Shown here: in pieces, positions 11,422 through 21,800 of the stretch
How positions within the stretch are numbered: the first letter of the stretch is position 1
Layout: the number at the start of each line of letters is the position of its first letter
Origin: Hydrolagus affinis
Taxonomy: Eukaryota
Assembly: GCA_012026655.1 (NCBI GenBank)
Contig: JAAILG010001217.1
Coordinates: forward strand, 1-64,000
DNA: 64,000 nucleotides
Direction of reading: 5' to 3'
Notes under the pieces: generated by a model
The model's database searches: none
What the model was told of the DNA's origin: nothing
What the model saw: the letters and a program-made list of their open reading frames with translations, nothing else
Translations under genes and position numbers: made by a program

Positions 11422-13193
11422 CTGAGTGGACAAACACAATGGCACTAGCTATAGACCACATGTAGTAACACAATCATAGAAACATGATATCTATCACGGC
11501 ATGATATGTTCACAAAGGTAATGAAATGCAATTGTAATCTCATGGTTATTCGGTGCATTACTATTATTCCATGCAAGTGGCAAAGAGATAAATATCAAAT
11601 CCCTATTCCATTATAGTCCTTATGCTACTTTCACTTTGCATCATTTTAATCATTAAATTCAGCTCTCTCACCCTTTTTAAAAAAAAGGGATATTTAAATT
11701 TATATTTAAATTCCACAGAATTATGTATTTTATTCAAGCTTAATTTATCTTTGTCAAAATATGAATATGCATACTTGACAAGGACACTGTCAAAAGGAAT
11801 TCTTGAAATATGTTTTCTCCACTACATGAAATAAATGAAAATTAAAACTTAGTTCCAATTATCAAGAATTTGTATTTCCCCAAACCTGTTTTAAGGAAAT
11901 AATTCTGAAGGAACAATTTTATTCTGTGTTTCCCATCTTTTTAAAGGAATAAACCAAGGCCAAAAATCAGCTAAAGTAAGGTAATGAATCAAGATATTGA
12001 ATTTTAATATTTATGTGTTTAGTGAATGTGAATAGGACAGCCGATTGGAATTACAAATATATATTATGCCTCAGCAACAGCAGCGATGTGCATTATTTAC
12101 TATATAACAATAATGATGGAGCAATTCGTGGCATTATTTTGGTATATTTACACAAATTGTACCTCGAAGAGTAATTATTTTTGCTGATTATCTGACTTGT
12201 AATACCTAGACTAATGCATATGAATTGAAGAGGTTGCCATTTGTATAATCTGCTTGTTATAATCAGCTAGCTTCAAACATAAACTTGATAAATCTTCAGA
12301 TTTGCAAATTATGCCACATATACTATAACCCTGTACAATTCCTAGAACAGTGGAAAACAGTGATGAACAGGTAGCGAGACTAGAAAGCATATGAAGTGAG
12401 GAGTTTCTAAAGGAGGATTTCAGATGCAGTGGATCACTTTGATAGTGCTGACTGTGGTGAGTGAGCAGATCTCGGTGAACTCGAGGAAAATTGCATAGAC
12501 AAGCACACTGATTAAAAGAAAAGAGAATACAGTTTTAAACAACTGTTAGCATACAGACAGCAGAAGAAACAACTACAGAGCTTAAACAGATTTTTAACGC
12601 GCATTAAGTAAAATATCTATTGGATGCAGAATAGGGTAAGAACTAAATAGGAAGTGAATCTAATTTATCTTTAAGCAGGCAGGAGGATCACTGGTAGAGC
12701 TTCCCCATAATCAGCTGAGAGGATGGCAGAGGTCTTGACAGAGGAAAGAGCAGCCAGGAAGGTTCAGAGAAGAGTAGCGTTAAGTGGAGAGAAAGGAGCT
12801 ACGACTAAGCAGCTATATCTGTGCAAAAAAACCATAAAAAGACTGAAGACATTGAAAAGTAGAAAATAAGTACACTAGAATTTGACATCTAACTTGCTTT
12901 TAAAGCCACCGAATACAGTGCAATCAGGAAAAAATTAACACTCTTTGTCATATAAAGCCCTTTGTAATATACGCAATGGAATGATTAAACAATTATTTAA
13001 CACCAACACACACTAGCTGTCCTATTCTTAAATTAGAACTACTACTTCAATATAACAGGCTAATTTGCAGGGAAACCCAGCAATATTTTACTTTTCAACA
13101 TATTGCATTTGATAATTTTTAAATATGAAAATAAAAGCTGTACAAATTAAATTGAAACTTTGTTTGCAATACTGTATCTTAAAAAATACTTAC

Positions 13194-13337
13194 CTTCCGA
13201 CTGGTCCATGAAAACATAGTTATCATCGACAAAGCTTCTTGTGCCAGAAACATTACCATAATCAAATATCGGGCCTTCCAGTAGAGTTACAATGTCCATT
13301 CGGTTAATCTTTTCCAGTACTGTACTCAAGGCATCAG
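13194..13337 (-). CDS. ANK3: ANK3 exon, death domain end (144 nt)
   Basis: CAG|CT GAT...GAA G|GTAAGT; TDALSTVLEKINRMDIVTLLEGPIFDYGNVSGTRSFVDDNYVFMDQSE. Confidence 0.97.
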
Positions 13338-13619
13338 CTGAAAAAAGAGAAAGCTGTGGTTAACTTGTGGGATGATGAAATGAAGCAATAATAGGAACAA
13401 TAAAAATATGGTACAATTATAATAAATACACCTTTAACTGAGAAAGAAAAATAAATATTTTCAAACAAGTTTCAGAAAAGGCTGGCAATTTTATATACTG
13501 TATAAGGAATACTAACATAGAAATATATTGAACGATAATGGCAAGCAGCCCATTGACACCTCTCAAGTAATCAACTCATTAATGTACACAAAGGAAATTC
13601 TTTTCCCCTTGTAACTTAC

Positions 13620-13751
13620 TGGTAGCATTTTTTCCATCACGATAAACCCATTTCTTCAATAAAATGAAGCTTTGCGTGGTCAAAGAATTGGGATTTTCAA
13701 CTCGAATCTGATTTATATCATCAACTGAAAAGTTCATTTCTCTTGCCAATT
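13620..13751 (-). CDS. ANK3: ANK3 exon, death domain (132 nt)
   Basis: CAG|AA TTG...ACC A|GTAAGT; [44 protein letters not shown]. Confidence 0.97.
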
Positions 13752-14071
13752 CTGCAAGGAAGACAGACGTGAAAGTTTTAAAAAAAATTATTTTCTTAGG
13801 CACTAGACAGTCACTCTTTTAGAGTGACAGTAATTTGTTATAGCGACCTTACACAGAGAATGCAAAACTATACTCTGATCAATTATCAATTAATTATCCA
13901 ATTAAATAAAAGCAAATAAATTTAATAAGTATAAAATAAATGTATCAAATCCGACAATATGCATTTCACTAAAAAATCGAAGATTAATATTTAAAATGTC
14001 AAATAAGAGCGCAATCGGCATTTGCAGTAGCTCAGATTAGTAATTCTGCACTTCTATCTTCCAAACTCCTT

Positions 14072-14185
14072 TCATAGAATCATAGAATTTTACGGCACAA
14101 AAGCAGGCCATTCAGCCCATCTAGTCTGTGCCGGCTCTTTGAAAAGAGTAACTCAATCCCACTGCCCAGCTCTCTCCCCATAACC
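14072..14185 (-). mobile_element. CR1 LINE 3' end
   Basis: Minus GATGGGCTGAATGGCCTGCTTTTGTGCCGTAAAATTCTATGATTCTATGA, with the CR1 hairpin and ATTCTATG octamer repeats. Confidence 0.8.
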
Positions 14186-14270
14186 TAACAGACTCCCATA
14201 ACCTAACCTTTCTTCTGTTTCATGTTGAGTGTGTTTACTACTCACCGATGATCACTATTCTATATATCAC

Positions 14271-14430
14271 ATCTGAAACATGGCACCTCTAACAGTGCAA
14301 AAACTCCCACAGCACCACATTGGACTATCAGCTTAGACAAGACAATCGGACTCAAAGTCTTGATTTTCACCTCGAACTACAAGCTTCTGACTTACAGACA
14401 AGAATGTTATCAATTGAGCCAGGGTGACAC
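14271..14430 (-). mobile_element. Deu-domain SINE 5' part
   Basis: Minus GTGTCACCCTGGCTCAATTGATAAC head through GAGGTGCCATGTTTCAGATG. Confidence 0.7.
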
Positions 14431-14578
14431 CCTTGCAACTAGCAACTTAACAACACCAGAAAAGTATCTAAAATTGCAGTAGAATGGAATAGCAATGGAC
14501 AAAAAAAAAACAGAACTATGATACCTAGTTTTCTGAAAATGCAGAGCAACCCTGTCATATCCGCAATGCAATCCATTA

Positions 14579-14932
14579 TGTCAGTCTGGCTCAGTTGATA
14601 GTATTCTCACCTCTGGTTCAAACACCCACGCGAGGATTTTGAACTTCTAGCCTAACATGATTACTCGTGTAGTCCTTCTGAAGAATTGTTATACAGAAGA
14701 GAACAAATGTCCTGTATGACTTTTCAGGTGGACATTAAATACCCTATGGCACTATTCAAAAAGAGAAAGGTGTGTCTCCAATATCTTGACCAATTATCCC
14801 CCATGTAAAATTGATCAGTAACTTCACAGTTTACTGTATGCAGTCAATTCACTTTACAATACATTCTGTGAAGCACTCTGAAACGTCTCCATGTCGTGAT
14901 AAGGTGCAACATCAAATGCAAAGATTATTATT
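14579..14932 (+). mobile_element. Deu-domain SINE
   Basis: TGTCAGTCTGGCTCAGTTGATAG head, GGTTCAAAC B box, CAGGTGGACATTAAATACCCTATGGCACTATTC core, ATCAAATGCAAAGATTATT tail. Confidence 0.8.
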
Positions 14933-15188
14933 TCCTGTATATAGTGTATATATTCAGCACATCAAAAATGACATTAGCAACATCCTGAGTAGCAGGATAC
15001 CAGCTACTTTAACACAGGAAGCTGGATGTGCCCCATCAATCACAGGACATGAAGGTTAATAGCACACATGCTCTAGTTACAGGCACTTAATTACAGGGTT
15101 GCCCTGTGTTTGGATTAATATAGTGCCTTATCACATTAAAATATCTCAAAATGTTTGTATATTAAGAGACATGACGATGAAAGTTTAC

Positions 15189-15263
15189 CAGTCCAGCTCA
15201 ATCCAAGATGATCTGCTACTATTGCCATCCTTATGTCCGTCCTTTCACATGGGCTCTGTGGAC
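15189..15263 (-). CDS. ANK3: ANK3 exon, death domain start (75 nt)
   Basis: CAG|GT CCA...ACT G|GTAAAC; PQSPCERTDIRMAIVADHLGLSWT. Confidence 0.98.
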
Positions 15264-15862
15264 CTGCAGTTTGAAACACAGTGTTAAATGGACATTCCCA
15301 ACTGGCAAAAGTAACATCCAACATTTGTCGTAAAGTTACTAGTGCCCAGACTGCAAACAAAATGAATATGCCCTGATGACCTCAACATATACAAATCATT
15401 TCACAAGATCTGAAAAAAAAGTCTAGATTTAGCATTGCTGAATGTTACATTATTTGGTATCATAGTGCAATACTGATTATGGGTCTATACATGCTGAGAA
15501 CACCTAAGTGGTTTATTTTAATGTTGTGTAACTAGTGGTGAAGAACAAACTACTGTATGGCTTTTAATGTTTTGTGGGACCAGTATTGCATCCTCTAGTA
15601 TAACTTACACAGTACTGCAGAGAGAGCTAATGTTCTCTGCTACTGCTTGCTGGCATGCTTAACTAACTGAGTTGGAGAGAAAGGGATACAAGACAGCACA
15701 AACAATGACGATGACAACATGATAGCTAGGATAAACCACGCCACAGGCAATCACAAGAATTCATGCACTAAAGATCAACAAGTCGAAAATTTTACAAACT
15801 AGGCTTGATCTCCACGATGTGAGCCACGTGAGGCCCAGAAACCTGACTGCTCTCCTCCCCAC

Positions 15863-18800
15863 CAGTCCTTTTACTGTTCCTTGTCTCACTGTCGACCTTT
15901 TCAACCTTTGTTTTTAAAGGCGCTGCCTCTGGTCTCATATCTCTAGGAGACCTCGATGTAATGGAAGGTTGACAAGCTTGACCAGCCTCTGACAATGATG
16001 CATTTCTTGATGTGCTGTCTTCATCATCAGACATCTCTGACTGCACCTTTTTCTCTTCATCAGCAAGACGATCCACAATCTTTAATGTCTCACCACTAAT
16101 ACCTTTAAAATATTCAATTGTATGTTTACAGGCCTCACTCAACTGATCTTTTCCTGTTTTAGTGGCAGCAATGTTACGTCTTACCTTAACTGGAAGTCTG
16201 GAATAAAACTGCGTAGACTTTCCTACCTCCTTCTGCCCCGGGGTTAAAATAGACTGACATTTTGCAGTTAGAGCTGCATTAGATTTGTTTATGTTTTTAA
16301 CTGGAATTCTAGACTTTGCTTCTAAACATTTATGAGGCTCTGTTCTTTCCGTGAAGTCAATTTTCCTAGACTGTTTCACCTTGCTGTTTTCTGTTTTCTG
16401 ATCTTTATTCTGACAAATTGATGTTCGAGTGCTAGCTATTTTAACTGGAAGTCTTGATTTAGGTATTTTTACTTTTTCTGTATTGTTTTGTTTCTTTTGC
16501 TTATCTGCTTTTATTGTTTCAGTTACAGAACATGCCAATGTACCTGGATCCTCATCAGTTGTTTTAGCTGCTGGTTCAGCTTGTGTTACATCTCTGCCCT
16601 GACTGCAGTCAGTTTGTGTGATTGGGGGATCAAGTTTGTCATTAGAATTAACTACTGATAAATCTGGCCTTTCATATTGTACGTTACACTTCTGACTAAC
16701 AATTCCAGTTTTATCCGTAGTAATTTCTATGATTGTAGTTTCTGAAACCTGGTAACCTAGTATCACAGCATCCGATTTGATTTCCACCATCTCTGCGGCA
16801 CCCACATCTTTCTTCATAGTCATTGTAGAAGCTGAAATTCCCATTTTTATCGGTGTGCGCAATTTAGGATCACCTTTGGCAGCAATAACTACAGATGGCG
16901 ATTTGTCCATTGAGTTGCTGCTGGATACCATTTCCAGGCAGTCTCCAACAACCTGGACTTTCTCCTGCTCAACATCTAGTATCTCTACTGGTGACTCAGC
17001 TGTTTTGTCCCCTGTCTGAGACAGTGTTGTAGCTACAAGTGTATTTTGAACCCTNNNNNNNNNNNNNNNNNNNNNNNNNNNNNNNNNNNNNNNNNNNNNN
17101 NNNNNNNNNNNNNNNNNNNNNNNNNNNNNNNNNNNNNNNNNNNNNNNNNNNNNNNNNNNNNNNNNNNNNNNNNNNNNNNNNNNNNNATGAAATGGGAAGG
17201 GATTAGGCTCACTACTTGGAGTGCTCTCATCTGTTGGGGTTCTGGCTGGGGTTGTATCTGGTGTTGTTGCTTGGGACCTGTCCTCTACTGCTAAGCCAAA
17301 GGCTTTTTGCTCATCCTCTCTTAACCTAGCTTCAAAGACTTCATCGTCGCCTCGGCCATTAGACCATGGATCAAAGTCAAGGCCTTTGGTAGCAACAGTT
17401 TTAAACTGTGTTGCAAATTCTTCCTCTAGTTTGTAACTAAAATAAGAATCATTAAACCCAGTTCTGTCAGGATGCCTGCCTTCCAAAGTGTAGGAAATTA
17501 GTCCTGGTTTACCATCAGTTTGCCCTTCGCCTTTCTTTTCAGAAGTCTGAGCTTTTGAGTGCAAAGGCTGTTCTTCTTCAGCTCCTACCTTTCCTTCTTC
17601 CTCAATCACTGCAAGTTTACCCTGGCTATAGGAACGATCTCCCTGCTTCAATATCCCTTCTGTGACCCACACATCCTTCTTGGCTTCTACTGCCTGATTC
17701 AAGGATTTAGTGTCAGTTTCAGTTAAACCATCATCTTCATCTTGCAGGTCATATCCATCCAGAGAGTCAATTTCAGTGGCATCTGTGTCATGGGAGAATT
17801 CTGCTGTTGTTGCTATAGAGCATTCAGTGACTGACTGATCATTATTGCCATTGGCCATTTCATCATTGTCTAAATCAAAGCCATCTGTATTTTCAATAGG
17901 TAGAAATATATCTTGGGAACTGCCATTCTTTTCAGGCTGCCCTTTAGTTTTATTTTTCACAGAGTCAACCTTGTCATCCTCTTTGAGTTTAAAGGTATAC
18001 TTTTTCAATGGAATTGTCTGAAAGATGGATTCATCACTACTTGAATCACTTTCATCAAGTCCAGGTGGGACAGGAGACGGAGGCTGCACCCTTATAAGTG
18101 GTTCAGCCAAAAAGTGTTTGTCATGCTCTTCTTGCAAATTCAGCTCAATCATTTCTAGCTCATCATCGGAAGGATAGCGTTCTTTCTTAGTCATGTCAGA
18201 GGTTTCTTCATCTAAAGCATTAATTGGAGGGGGTGGAGGGAACTCAATGTACGCGACTCGGTTTTCCTTCATTCGTCTGTCGTTTCCATCCAATTTGGCT
18301 GTAAATCTGGTTGTTTCTTTGATAGAGATTGCTTTAGTCATCTCTGCCTCGTCTTCGGATTCTTCTGACGCTTCGGGGATTGGACTGGGTTTTCCTTGTA
18401 GAACTGGTAATTGTGAATCAGGTGTCTTCATTGTAAGGTCATAGCTGATTTCCTCAGAACTTGGTGTTTCAGGTGTAAGAGGACTTTTGCCAGAACTTTC
18501 TATGAATGATACTTGTTCCAAAGTGTCATCTTCTGGACTAGCCTGAGGAGAAGGGGATTGCTTATGTTGTTTAACTGAATAAAAAGTGCCCCTCGTTTCG
18601 TGTACTGTCCTGCTTTCCTGACTGAGTCTTTTAAAACCTCCTTGGTGAATACCTGAAGTTTCCTTTTCATACTGTTTGCCCATTTGAACAATACTGACAT
18701 ACACAGGTAAAGTCTTTATCTCTTTGAAACCTTCAATACTTGCTAAGGGTGCTACTTTTTCCAAATATTCAATTGGACTTGGGTCAAAGAACTCACTTGA

Positions 18801-21800
18801 AAATGATTCTTTAAGAGGACTAAACTCCAGAGAGTCAGGAGATTTGCTTGGGGAGGTTTCCGTGTCTTCCCGACAATGACCTGCATCTATATAATCTCCA
18901 CGCATAGCAGAGTTATGGTCTTCAGAGGCATTAGTTTGAAAGACAGTAGCAGGTGATAGTTTTGCGCTTTTGACTCCACTCACATTTAATTCTGCTACAT
19001 TTGGTATCAGTTCAGATCTTTTCACCTGAGCACCATTGCACCCTTGCATCTTTGAAGTCAATTTTACTTTTTCTTCGGGAATTCTAATTGGGATATGGGA
19101 TGGACTTGAACTCTCCTTTTTTTTCACGGTTCGTCCTCTCATTTGCTCTCTCATGCCATCACCATCTTCTTTCATGACAAGCTCTGTGTAAACCATTTTC
19201 CTTGATGAAGAAGTCGACTGAGCATCTTTAATGTTCTTTATTGAAGGTTTATTATTTGATGAATGCTCCTTTTCCGTTAAAGATGAAACAATCCTCTCTT
19301 GTGTTTGTCCATTAATTTTACACTCAACATGAACATTATCAATTTCCTTTATATTATCATGTACAAGTATGTGAGTAAGCTTGTCCACTTGTGATTTGTG
19401 ATTAGAGTTTCCACAGTTCTCCCAGGTCCTGTAGATCTTTTTCTCCTTATCTGACTTTGTGGACAAAACCGATTCTTCATTCAAACCCGGACCAGGAACA
19501 TTCACATTTGGTACAATTTCTGGATTTTGCCTGTGAAGCACAGACGAGACAAGATCAGTTGCAATGATGGAGCTTCCTTGACCACTTAAATCTTTCAACT
19601 TACTGGTATGCACTTCTTTTACAGATGAAATAGCTCCTTCAGCTGCCTGTTCCAGCTTCTTTTGATTAATGTCTTTTAAGGAAAATTGATAGATTGGTAG
19701 TTTGCTTTCTTGCGGTTGCTTTGGAAAGGAGTTTTGCTGCCCTTCTTGAAGGTTTCTGTCAATAAAGTTCGTTTTTAGTTCGTCAGTAGCCAGCCTACTG
19801 GAAAAACTATCAGTAAACATCTTGTATTTGCCATCAGTGCAATCATCCTGATAAACTTGATCGTGTAGATGTGTGAATCTGGATAATTCATTTTTCTGCA
19901 CGACTGCGGTTTCAGTTTTTAAGTGACGTAGACCAGTCTTTGCCTGTGTACAGTGGAATGCAGGCTGTACAAGATTTTCACCTTGTCTAATTTCACCTTT
20001 CATGTCTTCTGCAAAATTAGAATAACTTTTTCGTTCATAGCCAATTGCAGAATCAACAGCTTTCTTTTCTCCAGCATTTACATAGACCTTCCCCATGCAC
20101 TGTTCGTTTTGTTTTTCCTGGATACAATCATCATTCCGTGAAACTATGTCAACCAAAAGCAGTTTTTCAGGGCTGCTACTGGCTGAACTAAAGCCTGATT
20201 GCATTTGTTTTCCGTCCCTTTTGTGGGACTTCTTTTCGGGAGATTGCAGTTCATCATTTAGCTTTTCCGTTTTATCGCGAAAAAACTGAGATACCTCCGT
20301 TAGCTTTTCTTCCGCTTCCTTCACTGTCCGGTCTACTCTGTCTTCATACATTAGTTTTTCTCTTCCACCATCTATTCTGTCCTCACTAAACCTCATCCAC
20401 AGTGCATGTTTTGGACTGCCAGGCTCTGCTGGATAATGTAGTATTGTAACCTTTTCGAAAAGATCACCCCTGTCACCAGATTTACCTACAACATTTTCAG
20501 ATGCTTCTTTACGTGCCTTAGCAAGAAATTCTCTCTCTTGAACAGAGGCAATCTTTCCTTTGTAATGACCATCAAATGAATCTGTAAAGTAGGAATGAGG
20601 CTGCTCAGTAACTGATTCCTCAGTATCAGAAATATCCATTTTTTCAGAATGAAGCATTTTTTCTGCAAATTTGTAAGACTCTCCTCTCAACTCTGAGTAT
20701 TCATCATCATGGTATTCGATCGAATGTTGAGTCAGAAGCTTCAGTGTTTTGTAAGAATCATCAGATACAAGCTGGGCAGAACTAGGTCGACTGTCATCTT
20801 CCTGAGAAACTGGCGTGTTCACTCGTGATGATTCCATGTAGGATGGAAGTGATTCTTCAGCTGTGAGTTCCTCCTCCTCCTGTTGTGCCTGTTCATCTGA
20901 TAACACTTGGCAAATGTCAAACTTCTCTGGCAAAACTTTCGCATCTTTGAATGCAGTGTGTCCAGGAACATCTTTATGATAGACAAATAACTCTTTTTCG
21001 GGATGTTTTTTCGTCTCTCTTATGATGACCTCTGTTGGGTCTGCTTCATTTCCTTTCTCAATATGAACCTCTATAACTCTTTCCACTTTTGGCTGCAAGT
21101 TGTAATCTTTATCAAAGTGCTTTGCTGAGGCTTCACCAGCCTTATGATTCTCCAAAGAAACTCCTGACTTATGCTCAAAGAGGCCAGCCAGTTCTTTGGA
21201 AGGATCACGACCTGACTGGAAAGCTTTCATGATATCACGAACTGACATAGTTTCTTCTATACTCTCACTCCTTTCCTTGCGGGGAGGCGAGTGATAAACC
21301 ATTCTGGTTGTGGTTGTAATTTGAGTTTCTTCTTTCACACGCACTTCTTTGCTCATTAGACATTTATTGTCCTCTTCCTCGGATTTCATTCTAATTTGAA
21401 AAGCTTTCATCTTGTCCTTAACTGACCCAATTGGTTTTTCTTCCACTTTTGTGAACATCCCAGCAGTTTGTGATGGAACTAATAATTCTTCCTCTTTGGA
21501 TTCCTGAGTTTCTTCTATTGTAGGTTCATAACTTCGGATAACATGGACCACTTCAGTCCGTGTTTCCGTAATAACAGGGGGTATCGGTACATCATGAAAC
21601 AAAGGTTTAGGTCCAGTGCTCTCTGCACTCTGTGGGGCTGAAGGAGTCTTTTCACTTCTTGTTTCAAAACCACTGTCTGATAAAGGACTTTTATCTTGAT
21701 CATGTTGAGAAAAATCATCAGGTGATTCCAAGATGGCTTCTGTTGCTAACACAGCATCTGCAAGTTTACTTAATTCTTTCTCTGAAGCTGAAGTTCGTAT

